From the human T2T-CHM13v2.0 reference genome, Homo sapiens: a stretch of 64,000 nt of DNA. The notes beneath the pieces were generated by a model. That model did no database searches and was not told the DNA's origin. It saw only the letters and a list, made by a program, of their open reading frames with translations. Position 1 is the first letter of the stretch; the number at the start of each line of letters is the position of its first letter. The stretch lies in NCBI RefSeq assembly GCF_009914755.1, contig NC_060926.1; one strand, 5' to 3'. Positions 1-12,145 of the stretch are shown here, piece after piece. The position numbers and the translations under genes are program-made.

Positions 1-480
1 AAAGTTTATCTAATAATTGTTGTAATGGGTGCTACAGTTTAGAAAAATATATCATAGAGAAGCTTAGACACAAATGGAAATATTTTAAAAATGAAATAAT
101 AAGCCACTGAAATTCTTTGGAAAATTGCTTAATAGAAAATTCTGTTCCACGTTTGTAAATATTCAGATGTGTAAATTTTAATTAATGACACTTTACATTA
201 CTTTCAGCAATACTGATAAAAATACTTTTACTATCCTTTTTCAAAATACCCTTTCCATTGCATGTGTTTTTCCCTTTTTGGTAACATGATATTTTTACCA
301 TGAAAGGACAGATTAAGTGTGTTTATAAATTTTAGAAATATCTACAAGGTAACATACTGCTAGAAGCTATTTTTTATTTTAGGAAAAGCCAGAAAATTTG
401 GAATACTAATCATTTTGAGCAAAAGAAATTCATGACTCATATTTAAGCTCAATAATTTTTAAGTGCTTTGCCACAAAATG

Positions 481-1165
481 AGTAGCTAACATTTCGTATG
501 CTAACCATGAGCCAAGCAGTGCACTGTGTTCTTTAAAAACTTTATCTCTTATTATTTCTTATGACAACCCTATCATTCCTCCATTTTACAAGTGAAGAAA
601 CTCGATTCAACATAGTAGTTAAGCTGTTTACCCAAGATCACCTAGAGAGTGTATTAGGTCAGATTTCTCAGAAGACCCCCAAGAGGAGAATTTGTTTGTG
701 CAAGTGATTTCTTAAGAAAGTGCTTTCAGGATTAATGAGTAAGAAAGTAGAGAAAGCAGAAAACATAGGGGAAGAAGCCAAGCAATGGTGCAATTTCAGT
801 TAAGTGTGAGCCTAAGTCCGATCAGGAGGGAATCTTCTGAGCATAAATTGCAGTTTGTCCAACTTCAAGGCAGTAGATCTGGGCTTTTACCATCTGTCTC
901 AGTGAGTAATGGCCATGCCACCCTAGGCAGATAAACTATCCAGCACCTCCAGTTTCCTACCAGTTCTCACAAGAGGCTCTAGTACCCCTCAAGGGTAGTC
1001 CTCTGAAGAAAAGGACACTGAAGCTGGAAGATATCTCTCAGAAAAAGCTAAGAGAATCTGAGCGGAGCATTGTCAGTGTTTGTTACAGCTAGTAAATGGC
1101 ATAACCAGCATTAAATCTAAGGAGTATGACTTCAGACCCCATATTCTTAATCATTATACTAGGCT
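481..1165 (-). mobile_element. MIR SINE split into two pieces (about 481-645 and 1085-1165) by an LTR insertion
   Basis: Antisense MIR core 'ccattttacaagtgaagaaact...cccaagatcac' resumes at 1085 as 'acagctagtaaatggc...gacttcagaccccatattcttaatcattatact'. Confidence 0.75.
650..1087. mobile_element. Ancient LTR-like element (ERVL/MaLR class), family uncertain
   Basis: About 440-bp block with TG...CA ends ('tgtattagg'...'tgttaca') that interrupts a MIR; internal 'gtgcaagtgattt' and 'ggggaagaagccaagcaa' resemble old LTRs. Confidence 0.55.
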
Positions 1166-2121
1166 ACTCGAGATAATCAGAAAATCTCTGGATAGAAAAT
1201 ATGACATCCATGGCCATTATCCAATTATGTACAAAACGGTAAATACTGTGGTTTCTTAAAAATAAAATTTGCCAAATTGGTGACATCCTGTAACACTTCA
1301 GCTCTTCTGACTCCTTTTTATTTGCTATGATAATTTGCTTATGAATTACTACACGTTGAATGAATTTTCCATGTGATACTTTCCTTGTAAATTATCACCA
1401 GAATTATTTTTAAATTTCAGTCAAAGGAGAGGCCAAAATAACTGAGGGAATAGCTCTGTTTTTCAGTGTGTGTTTAGATGTAGCTATTCAGAAGTTGACT
1501 CTTTATGTCAAACGTACATGTGTGCTAATCTAACCAGTCTACTGTTTTACATAAAAGATATTTCTACAAGCCACAGTGATGTTAATGTTGAAAAGAAAAG
1601 ATGATCCTAAGGGCTCCTTGGCTATCTTTGACCTTGAAACCTGAAATGCTTTTTGCCATGTTGTTTTGGGTCCACTCAGTGAATGACTAGCTGAATTACT
1701 GGGGTGCTACTTCATATTAAATTACTCAGACCTGTAACTTTGCATGGAGAGGAAGGAAAAAGGATGGATTTAGCACACAAGTTATCTCTTAAGGGGAAGA
1801 AAGGGTCATCCCAAGGGAGATGGGTGGAGACTGAAGGACCTAGGTAAAGGATACATTCTCTTTGAGTTGTCAGAGTAAGTACAAGGTAGTGGGAGCTTTG
1901 ACTTTCCCCCTTCAATACCAGGAATCACTTCTAAAATGATTCCAACCATTCCGTACAATAATCAATGTGTATTTGCAGATTGTGAAGCGTAGATTTGAGA
2001 AAAGTGGGTGATAAAACACAAGTATACTTGCTTCATTCCAACTTCTCACCAGCTAAGTGGAAGAGAAATTATCTCATCAACAGGACCAAATTAGAAACTT
2101 CTGGTTGTCTTATCACTGAAA

Positions 2122-2300
2122 AATAATAATAGCTAATGTCTGTGTGGTACTTACTGTGTACCAGTTACTTATTAGCTTATTGGCTTTATATATACATATG
2201 TATGTAATTTATTTATATTACCTTCTCATTTTATTACTGAGGAAACTGAGACACAAAGAGGTTAAATAATTTTTCCAAGCCTACACAGCTTGGAAGAAAT
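2122..2300 (-). mobile_element. MIR
   Basis: 'aataataatagctaatgtc...tgaggaaactgagacacaaagaggttaaataat...acacagct'. Confidence 0.75.
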
Positions 2301-2375
2301 AAATCAGGAATGCACCCATTCTGTGGTGTTAACTAGATGTATAATACCTTAGGTGAAACAAGAAAGCAGGAAGTT

Positions 2376-2450
2376 ATTGACTGATGCAAAAGTAACTGTG
2401 GTTTTTGCCATTACTTTGGCAAAACCACAGTTACTTTTGCATCAACCTAA
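2376..2450. mobile_element. MADE1 (Hsmar1-derived MITE), near-perfect palindrome
   Basis: 'tgatgcaaaagtaactgtggtttttgcca ttactt tggcaaaaccacagttacttttgcatcaacctaa' matches the MADE1 terminal-inverted-repeat structure. Confidence 0.92.
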
Positions 2451-2723
2451 CAGATTGGTAAGAAGTAAATAGTGGATAGCCTCATCTATCTTTATATAAA
2501 TTTTTATTGTTTGAGGTGTGTGACAGATGAGCAGATAATATTCTTCATATTCTTATATAACTAAAGTAATTCAAAATTTATTTTAAAAATTTCTCTTCGT
2601 ATGAAATATAAATTTTAAATAACACTGAACTTTGGGGTATAAAAAAGCTTGGAAATATAATAATTTTTTCACTAGGATGACCACTTAAATACATTTTTAA
2701 ATATCAATTTTTTCAAACTTTTT

Positions 2724-3335
2724 GTGAGGGGGAACTCCAACTTGGAATAACAAGAGGAAAGAGGATTCAAAATCGAAAGAGACTTCAGTGCCTTCAACCT
2801 TTCGTGGGCATGAAGAAGGTCAAGAAACCTACTCAGCTAAAAACACAGACCTTTCTTATTTAAAAAAGAGAAAGAAAGAAAGAAAAAAAGAGAGGATGAC
2901 ACAGAAAAGCAGAGCCAAGAGACCAGAGGGCAAAGAATCATTGTCAGGGCGAAGAAATGAGCACTAATCAAAGACGTGGTAACATGCACCTGGCTAGATT
3001 TTAGAAATACTATGGGCCACTAACTACAATGTGCCTCTTGTCTTCCTCCTCTTTTTCGAATAGGAATGTCTATTGCAGTTTCAGTATGTTTCCAAATTGT
3101 ATGCAGGAGGCATGCAGAGAAGATAATCATCTCTTAACTTCTTAACTTCTCAGGTCTGCAAATCAAGATAAACTCTGCTGGAGGAGCTATACTTGAATGA
3201 TCACCTTGAGGAGTCTCAAATACACCTGGGATGATTTAGATAATGAGAACTGGACTTTCAGCATGAGCCAGTTATGGTAATAGGATGAGACCTTGGGAGG
3301 ATAATGAGAGTATTTTGCATGAGGGAAAAAGAGTT
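2724..3335 (+). mobile_element. MaLR (MLT1-type) internal sequence fragment
   Basis: 'gatttagataatgagaactggactttc...ggatgagaccttggg...gtattttgcatgaggg' resembles the 3' end of MLT1-int. Confidence 0.55.
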
Positions 3336-4139
3336 GACAGTGATCGCCAGTTGAGAATCTTGAACATATTCCTTGTTAAACTCTTGCTGTTTCTGCACTC
3401 TGACCAGAGAAAAATTATACCATGAAAAGAAATGTCAGACTATATGGCAAAAATGGAATTAGGGGGTTATCAGGTGCTTCAACAACTGTATGTATTCACT
3501 TGTGTGGGTTTACACACCATCAGTTTTCAACTGAAAATTTCCCCCAATTAGGATTGAATTAAACGGCTATGTAATGGTCTTCAACATGGTGATTATACAT
3601 CTGTTTTCCAATAATGCAGAAAGATTTTATTGAGAATAGATAACCTTCCACAAAATTTATTCTTTCCTATGATGAAAGATGTTTCCTAGACACTTTTGCA
3701 ACCAGGCAGAGCATTGTGATTCAGCTCTGCTCAATGGGTTTTGGATAAAAGTGATGCATCCTCTTCTCAAGTCTGGCACACAAACCCCCCCTGTATATCT
3801 TCCAGCTGTCTCTGCCTTCATTGTGCAGGCTGTCCTTGGCCAAGGACATCTAGAAAATTATGTGTTGAAGACAGCAGAATTTCCATTAGTCTGAGTAATT
3901 CTGCTGGACTATCATACATTGCATTAATAAAATACCAAGTTATAGCATGTAACTAAAAATAACAAAATTTTTGGATAGGCTATTTGTATATGTTTCGTAT
4001 GAATTAACATTTTCTTTAAAAATATATCAGCAGTTTTCCCTGGTTCAGGATGGTGATTTTCTATCTGATATTACAACATTCCCTACTTATATGAAAATAT
4101 AATAACCAATAAACAGTAGGTTTAAGAAGTCACAAGAGT

Positions 4140-4620
4140 GTCTGTCAGATCTATCTCATTCTCTCCATCTTCATGATCATCAACCTAATCCAAGCAATAA
4201 TCATTCATTGCCTGAACAACTACAACGTTGCTTCTCATATCAGTTCTTGCCACCCTTCAATGTGTCCTCAAGTTTTAGTGAGGGTGATCTTTTCAATTTG
4301 ATCATGGTTCACATCACACCCATCATGGGCTTCCTATTGTTCTTGAGATAAAGTTTGTAATATGATAAAGTCTTGTGCAGCCCTGCCTTGTCTAACCCAT
4401 GTCTACCTTGGCAGCTTCATCACCCTTGCTCTCACTACTTTTGCTGGAACCGTACCATGTTTATCTCAGTTCTGGAGTGCACTGTGCTCTTACCTTCACC
4501 AGAGACTTGTATCTCAGCTTGGAAATTATTTCCTTAGGGAAGCCTTGGCTAATTCCAAGATTGAATAAGGTTCCTTCATTTTATGTTATAGCATTGTGTT
4601 ACTTTCTTTGATTCCATTTT
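4140..4620 (+). mobile_element. L2 LINE fragment
   Basis: 'tctccatc...cctaatccaagcaataatcattcattgcctgaacaactac' and 'agtgagggtgatcttttcaa...gatcatg'. Confidence 0.6.
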
Positions 4621-4709
4621 TCTAACTTTGAACACTTAAAATATTTATTTTATTTAATCTTTAACCAGGTGTTACATTCTTGTGGTTTAACAAATATTTT
4701 TAAAATCCA

Positions 4710-4945
4710 AGGAAATAAATGTACAACATTAAGAGTAAACCCTAATGTAAATTATGGACTTTGGGTAATGCTGATGTGCCAGTGTAGATTCATCAGTTGT
4801 AACGTATATGCCATTTTGATGCCAGATATTGATAGTGAAGGAGATTGTGCATGTGTAAAATCATTGGGCATACGGGAACTCTGTACTTTCCATTCAATTT
4901 GTCTGTGAGCCTAAAACTGCCCTAAAAAATAAAGTATATTAAAAA
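4710..4945 (+). mobile_element. L1MC-type 3' end
   Basis: 'aagagtaaaccctaatgtaaattatggactttggg...ctgtgagcctaaaactgccctaaaaaataaagt'. Confidence 0.85.
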
Positions 4946-4989
4946 CGATAGTGAAATATCTTCTCCATATTCCTCTCTTCTCTCTGCTG

Positions 4990-5466
4990 TCTTTTCAGTT
5001 GACTACTCCACACACAGACCCCATTCCTGAAGAGTTGCATGAAAAGTTGTGACCTTAGGTAGAGGAATAAAAGCACTGCTACACCACAGCCCCAAATGGA
5101 GGGATCAGCTATCTCTCTTTCAACACTCTGGTTTGCTGCTGGTGCCACTCAGTGGCTTGATCCCCACAGGAAACTAGAAGCAAGAGAGCTCAGGATGCAG
5201 TGCATAGAGGTGGACATTCAGGAGCAGAAAACAGAGTAGAGAAAAATTGAAAGTGAATCAGATAGGGACCAACAAATATTTTTGTAAAGGACCAGATGGT
5301 AAATATTTGAGTCTTTGGGAGCCATAATGTTTCTATCACAAGCATTCAATTCTGCTTTGTTCCAATAAGCCTTTGTTTATGAAATCAAGAAATTGATCAG
5401 ATTTGACTTTCAAGCTGTAGTTTTTCAACTCCTGGATTAGAAGGACAAACAGGGGATATCTAGCTC
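4990..5466 (-). mobile_element. Old ERVL-class LTR (LTR33-like) interrupted by MER58
   Basis: 'ctgctggtgccactcagtggc...gcaagagagctcaggatgcagtgcatagagg' resumes after the MER58 as 'gattagaaggacaaacaggggatatctagctca'. Confidence 0.5.
5264..5434 (-). mobile_element. MER58A (hAT-Charlie) with internal deletion
   Basis: 'tgtaaaggaccagatggtaaatattt...tgttccaataagcc...gctgtagtttttcaactcctg'. Confidence 0.75.
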
Positions 5467-6295
5467 ATCAATACAAAGTGTGTTTCCTCCATCTTTAATG
5501 GCTCTATTAATTATTTGCCCAATTTCCTATTGATGTACCTTTATATTGTTTCTAGTTTTTACCATCACAAACAATGTAAAGTGAATAACCTTATACATTC
5601 ATTTATTATGTGTGTGGAAATAACCATAAAGTTAATTTCAAGAAGTTGATTTCTTAGGACAAAGCATACGTGCATTTGTAATTATGATAGAGTACAAGGA
5701 TGCCCTCCATAGGAGTGATAATAATTAAAATTCTGAACACAATATATGAAAGTAGCTTTTCCCCTAGACTCTTACAACATATAGTATAATCAAATATTTG
5801 GATTTTTGCCATTTTGATGAGAGAGGAAATGTATGCCATGCCAGTGTAGTTGTAACTTGCATTGCTTGCATAATGAATGAGGTGGGGCATCCTTTATTTT
5901 TAAGAATGATTTTTATGTCTTTCCTGTGAACTGTGAATCATACACTTTGTCCATTTCTCTCTTGGGTTTTCAGCCATTTTCTTCTCAGTTCCTCAATATT
6001 ACAGATATTAGCCCTTTGTTACATAAGTTGTATTTTTTTACCATGTTAATTGCCTTTGATTTTTATGGTATTTTTGACATGTAGAAATTTTCGCTTAAAA
6101 ATTAAAATACTTTATTTAAACATTAGTAGAATTTATTAATCTTTTCTCTTATAATATCTGGATTTTTTTAGTTTTAGTACTGTCTTTTTAAAAAAGCATT
6201 TAAACATTTAATTCAATTGGATTGTATCCTGGTGTACAATGCAAGTCATTGATCTGGAAAACTATCCACTTGCCCTGACACCATTTATTGAATGC

Positions 6296-7476
6296 TTATG
6301 TGGTTTGGCTCTGTGTCCTCACCCAAATCTTATCTCGAATTGTAATTCCCACATGACAAGGGAGGGACCTGTAATCCCCACGTATGGAGGCTGGGAAGTA
6401 ATTGGATTATGGTGGCAGTTTTCCCCATGCTGTTCTCATGATAGGGAGTGAGTTCTCATGAGATCTGATGGCTTTATAAGTGTTTGACAGTTCCCCTTCA
6501 CACACACTTTCTCTTTCCTGCTGCCTTGTGAAGAAGGTGCTTGCTTCCCCTTCACCTCCCACCATAATTGTAAGTTTCCTGAGGCCTTCCCAACCATGTG
6601 GAACTGAGTCAATTAAACCTCTTTCCTTTATAAATTACCCAGTCTTGGTCATCAGAGAAATGCAAATCAAAATCATACTGAGATACCATCTCACACCAGT
6701 TAGAATGGTGAGCATTAAAAAGTCAGGAAACAACAGGTGCTGGAGAGGATGAGGAGAAACAGGAACGCTTTTACACTGTTGGTGGGAGCATAAACTAGTT
6801 CAACCATTGTGGAAGATGGTGTGGCAATTCCTCAAGGATCTAGAACTAGAAATACCACCTGACCCAGCAATCCCATTACTGGGTATATACCCAAAGGATT
6901 ATAAATCATGCTACTATAAAGACACATGCACATGTGTGTTTATTATGGCACTATTCACAATAGAAAAGTCTTGGAACCAACCCAAATGTCCATCAATGAT
7001 AGACTGGATTAAGATATTGTGGCACATATACACCATGGAATATTATGCAACCATATAAAAGGATGAGTTCATGTCCCTTGCAGGGACATGGATGAAGCTG
7101 GAAACCATCATTTTCAGCAAGCTATCACAAGGACAGAAAACCAAACACCACATGTTCTCACTCATAGGTGGGAACTGAACAATGAGAACATTTGGATGCA
7201 GGGCGGGGAACATCACACACTGGGGCCTGTCGAGGGTGGGGGACTGGGGGAGGGATAGCATTAGGAGAAATACCTAATGTAAATGATGAGTTGATGGGTG
7301 CAGCAAACAAACATGGCACATGTATACCTATGTAACAAACCTGCACCATGTGCACATGTACCCTAGAACTTAAAGTATAATAATAATTTTTAAAAAGACA
7401 CACTGAAAAAAATAAAAATAAATAAAATACCAGTCTTGGGTATTTCTTTATAGAAGTGTGAAAATTGACTAATACA
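6296..7476 (+). mobile_element. THE1D-like MaLR solo LTR, interrupted by an L1PA
   Basis: 'tggtttggctctgtgtcctcacccaaatcttatctcgaattgtaat...aattaaacctctttcctttataaattacccagtc'; terminal 'gactaataca' at 7476; approximate TSD aatgc/gatgc. Confidence 0.9.
6649..7425 (+). mobile_element. 5'-truncated L1PA (about PA5-PA7): ORF2 C-terminus and 3' UTR
   Basis: ORF track gives ORF2p pieces ([18 protein letters not shown]; WNQPKCPSMIDWIK); 3' UTR ends 'cttaaagtataataat'; TSD aaattacccagtcttgg / aaataccagtcttgg. Confidence 0.95.
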
Positions 7477-9599
7477 GATGCTCTGTCTTTTCTCCAGTAA
7501 TTTGAGAATCCACTCTTATGTTGCACTGAATTCTGGTATGTATTTGGGTTTATTTCTAAACTTCCTACTCTGGTACATAGGCCAGCTGTCTTTTTGTGTA
7601 TGAATGTGATCAATAATATTGTTAGTCAATAATTTTTTTTACTGTTTGATTTTGTACTGTTAAATATACTTATAAACTTATTACTTGATTTGTTTGCTTT
7701 AAATTATATCACTTTACACACAACTATTACAAATGAGACAGGCAAATTTATCGTGTCCAACGTCTTTCCCTCTTCCCCTCCATTTTTTTTAGTTGTTAGA
7801 ATTTCTAAATTTTCAGGCTATATAGTGCTTATATTCTTTTCTGTCTCTCTAAATTTCACATTTAAAAAACATTACTATCATTAAATAATTTCTATCATCA
7901 TCCTTTTTACTGATATTTTCAGTTATCTTTTATTTCTTTGATGAAGCCAAAAGATTAGAGAAAGACAGAAAAGCATAGATAATGAATCTAGAAATATAAA
8001 TTAAATGCATCCAACACCATAATTGATATAAGAATCTTGCATTTTAAACCACAGAGGGAAGAAAGTGAAAACAGAACGGGGCAAGTATATGGAGGGAGAG
8101 CAAATATCTATGTATTGGAGATTCTGAGAAGAAGCAAGATATTTGGAGTAGTTGAATGAGAACACTGAATGGAGAGGTTGCTGATGTCAGAGAGGAAACT
8201 AACTGATTTTTACCATTTATAATTTCGTAGGTGAAGAACCTTCTGAGCAATCACGGATCCAGGTCACGATCTATGACAATGAGAGTAATTGGCTGAAATG
8301 AAATTAAGGAGGTCATTGAATACAAAGAGGTCAAGGAACTGAGAGGCCAGAATGTTGAGAGAGTCACTGACACCTGATCATCAGCACCTGACATCAGCAC
8401 TTCTGCTGATGAGTAATATAACTTTGAACAAGTCACATAACCTCTTTAAGATGCAATTTTTTCATCTGCAAAATGGGAATAAACCAGAGCTGCAGTAATT
8501 GGAACACGGGAGGAACTCAAAAGTATGTCAGCTTCTTTCTCACTTTCCTCATTTATGGCACTCTAAGCCAAAGGAACTTGAGGAAAAAGGTTTACTCACA
8601 GAATTATTTTTGAAAAATCTTCCACAACTAAATTGTGCCTATTGGCATCTTCAGCCACATATTAGAAGTTTCCATTTTCACTTACAAAAGCTTTTTCTTC
8701 ATGGAGTGAAGACATGGTCAGTCTTCTATGTCGACTGAGCTCTAGCCTTCCACAGATCTGCTGTATAGAAGGAAATATTCCATCCCAACTGAATCAAACT
8801 GATTTTGGACAGCAAATGGCAAATCTCCCTTCCTACCCTGTCCACTACTTGGTGATGCCTTCATTTACAAAACTACAATCAAAGAAAATTGGACTAGTTC
8901 TGATGATATATTTTCTTTTCTTCTACTAAAAGTAGCAGCACTTGGCAGTTGAAATAAATGAGAAGGATATTCTTCCTGATTTAAATCACAAATAAAGTCA
9001 GGTAGGGAATGTAGAAGATAACTTTAGCTTTCAAAATATACATTCAAACCACACATTAACTTAAACATGTGATTTTCACTTTTCAGGTTTTACATAAGGT
9101 AGTGAAATGCAAGTCCCAGTTTCTATATAGCTGAGAAGAAAAGCATGTCCTGATACAACACATAACATGTGGAGTAAATATGTACTTTTCCTCTTGCTTA
9201 CTAGTTTACTTTTTCCGTTAAATCCCCCATTTCCCCATATTTTTTTTTAATTGGGAAGATAATTTATGTTCTTCAAGGAGTTGTTCAGCAATCCTAAAAA
9301 CAGCTGCTATTTTTTAAACTCTTCTTACTGTCTTGGTTGGTTAACAATGTCTCTTTGGTATAATATTTTACTGTGGAATAAAACTGCCAAAACAGAAACC
9401 TTTAAAGTTACCTCGTTAAACTCATTGAGGGCTGCGTTTTCAGGATGCTATTATATGTGGGTACTTAGACTGTGACAGAAGTCACATTTTCTCATGATTA
9501 TACCTTTAAATAGTCTCCATATACTATGAGATAAAATAATTTCTGTTTCTGCTTTTTTTTTTTCGCTAACTTGGACTAGAATTTTTTAAGGTACAAGAA

Positions 9600-9770
9600 A
9601 ATATAGTGTAAAGTGATTGGAAGTGTTTGAGCCTTACGGTTGAGGAATGCTAAGTTTGAACCCAGGTTCTATAACTTAATTTGCTGTTAAGTTCAAGCTT
9701 TACTTAAAATCTTTAAGTGTCAGCTTCCAAGTATATAGTAGAATAATTTTAAAGATTAAGTTAATTAAAA
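9600..9770 (+). mobile_element. MIR
   Basis: 'atatagtgtaaagtgattggaagtg...gtttgaacccaggttctataacttaatttgctg...gtgtcagcttcc'. Confidence 0.55.
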
Positions 9771-9775
9771 ATAGC

Positions 9776-10193
9776 TGTGGTAAAAACCATTGGTTGGCAC
9801 ATACGATGCCCTTCCCAATCCTCTTCTCTCCAGCCACTTCTCACTTATTAGTGAGTTATACATGGAAGTCTCTTGGGAAGGGCTTCTCTTCTCAATTAAA
9901 ATGACAAACAAAGGATTTTGGTTCTACTTTTTTCTTCCTGCTTGGGAAAAGTATATGCTGCCTAGGGATGCTGCAGCTATTTTGTAACCGTAAGTATAAA
10001 ACAACAAACTAAAGATGGCATGGAAGGATATTAGAAGGAGACTGTTTTCTAGATGGCCTTCTTGAGCAGCTAGAGCCAACCCAGACTAGCTGTCTCAAGA
10101 CTTCTTATGTGAAATGAATTGTTCCTTATCTAATAACGTCACTGTTTGTCAAGTTCTCTGTTATTCAGAGTTGTAGCATTCCTGTGTGATACA
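9776..10193 (+). mobile_element. MLT1 (J/K-like) LTR
   Basis: 'ctgcagctattttgtaacc...ttgagcagctagagccaacccagac...gacttcttatgtga...gcattcctgtgtgataca'. Confidence 0.6.
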
Positions 10194-10359
10194 AAAGTAA
10201 AACAAGGTCCCTAGGCTGTAAGTAAGGAAGTTCAAATAAAGTTAATTACCTTCTCCCCTCCACTGTAAGTAAAGGCCATTTAATGGATGAGGTATAGTCT
10301 CAGCATACACTTTGAAGAAAGAATAATAGTATAACAATCATTGGCATCACTTTTACTTT

Positions 10360-10885
10360 CTTGTGAATGGTATCACCATTCAACTTGGTATATATTTCAG
10401 GATCTTAGAAAAAGTCCTGATACCTCCTTTTCCCTTGTGCATCTTATCCAATCCAAGTCCTATAGATTTTACCTCTATATCTGACCCATCACTGACTTAC
10501 CTCCTTCTCCCCTTCCATCACCTTAGTTCTTTATGGTTCACCTGGACTATTGCATTCTCACATTATTACAAGTGAACTTCTTCCCATGCTGTTCCCTCTG
10601 TCTAGAATGTTCTGTCTCTCTGACTACTCCTATTTATCTTTTAGGTCTCAGCTAAGTCACTAACATTTCCTCACCCCTCCCTGCCCTGATTATCTCTCTT
10701 TTGTATCTCATTATATCTCTCTTTTTAGCATGTGTTAAACATTTTACATTAATATGCGAATCTTAAGTTAATGTTTGTCTCCCCACCACCCTGTAAATAC
10801 CAGGAGAGCTGAGCCTGTTGTTTTGTTTTATCTTCCATCATTCTATTAGGTCAAACCCAGCACTGAGCACATAAGTGTTCAATAT
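10360..10885 (+). mobile_element. L2 3' fragment
   Basis: 'catgctgttccctctgtctagaatgttct', 'ttaggtctcagct', 'cactgagcacataagtgttcaata'. Confidence 0.7.
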
Positions 10886-10889
10886 TCTA

Positions 10890-11108
10890 AGTAACACTTT
10901 ATGAGCACTTACAGTGTATGAAGCATTTTTATTGGTGTTTTATAGGCATTAATGCAGTTTAGTTGTCACAGCAATCCTATTACTTGTCCCATTTTATAGA
11001 CGAGAAAACTGAGACACAGAAAAGTTAAGGAATTTGCCTGAAGTACCACAGGTTTTATACCAGGATTGGACTCAGGCAGTTTGTCGTCAGAGACTATGCT
11101 CTTAACCA
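10890..11108 (-). mobile_element. MIR
   Basis: 'cccattttatagacgagaaaactgagacacagaaaagttaagg...ctatgctcttaacca'. Confidence 0.85.
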
Positions 11109-11305
11109 ATTCCAAAAGCTGAATGAAAGGATGAATCTTGCCACTGACTGGGGAGTAATAATCAGTTTGGTTCCATAGTTTCAAATAGAAGCTACTTTGT
11201 ACAAGCCATTCTTCAGCATTCAGTGGATAGGATGGAGAATGGAGACTAAAGACTCTCAATCTATATTTTCAAGTTCTATATGGCCAAACATGCTTAGTTT
11301 AGGGC

Positions 11306-11450
11306 TATATATACATATATATTCATATTTTCCTTATAAACATATATATATGTTTATATATGTATATATGTGTGTATATATGTGTATGTATATATACATA
11401 TACATACACATACACGTATATATACATATATATTTATATTTTCCTTATAA
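11306..11450. repeat. Compound (TA)/(TG)/(CA) microsatellite bounded by 34-bp direct repeats
   Basis: 11306-11339 and 11417-11450 differ at one base. Confidence 0.9.
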
Positions 11451-11994
11451 TCAAATTATTATATTGTGATTGGTGTTTCTCTTCAATATGGCTGATCCTC
11501 TTATTCCCTCATGTGAGAAGGCACGTGAATCGTAGCAGATTTCTTCTTAATTGTGCCATGCTGGGAAATGCTATATTGGTTTTCATCTCCAAAACCAAAA
11601 TTATTTTGAAAAAGTGAAAAAAATACCATCTGTAAAAACTGAAATCATGTTAATATGTTTTCTATTTTCAAAGCACATCAACCTCATAGAAAGAAGGGAA
11701 AAATCATTAGTCCTAGGCTGAGCTTGACTGTGCCAGGTAAGTATGCTAATTTTGTTGGCTTGGTTGGGAAAGCCTGAAATCAGAGATTTATGCAGGAATT
11801 TGCAAATGACAAATGATTTGTGTACAACTATACATTAAATGACTAGTGCGTTTGAGAGGATTGGGTTCTACAGAAAAATTAAGAATGAAGGAAATGGTGG
11901 AGGGATGGAGAGAGGCTCGGGGCAAATTTGAGTCTATCTTTGATTTTAAATTAGCTGAATTTTTAGATGAGTCTGCAATGAGAAATAATGCTGT

Positions 11995-12145
11995 AGTAAT
12001 AATTGAAGTGTATCTGGCACACTATAATTTTCAAAGCACTGTCATATTATTAATCTTATGTAATCCTCACAATGATTCTGAAAGTTTGATGATATGATTA
12101 TTTCCATTTTATAAATGAGAAAACTGAAGTTTAGATAAGTCAAGG
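11995..12145 (-). mobile_element. MIR fragment
   Basis: 'taatcctcacaatg...tttccattttataaatgagaaaactgaagtttaga'. Confidence 0.7.

Larger units (their letters stand above)
5490..7600 (-). mobile_element. Old L1M fragment (about 5490-6295 and 7477-7600), host of the THE1 LTR
   Basis: Degenerate antisense L1 ORF2/3' motifs: 'ttttgccattttgatg', 'cttgcattgcttgcataatgaatgagg', 'gatattagccctttg', 'caccatttattgaat'. Confidence 0.6.

Noticed and set aside
11197-11617. Tyr/Ile-rich ORFs
   Set aside because: Translation artefacts of the TA/TG/CA microsatellite.
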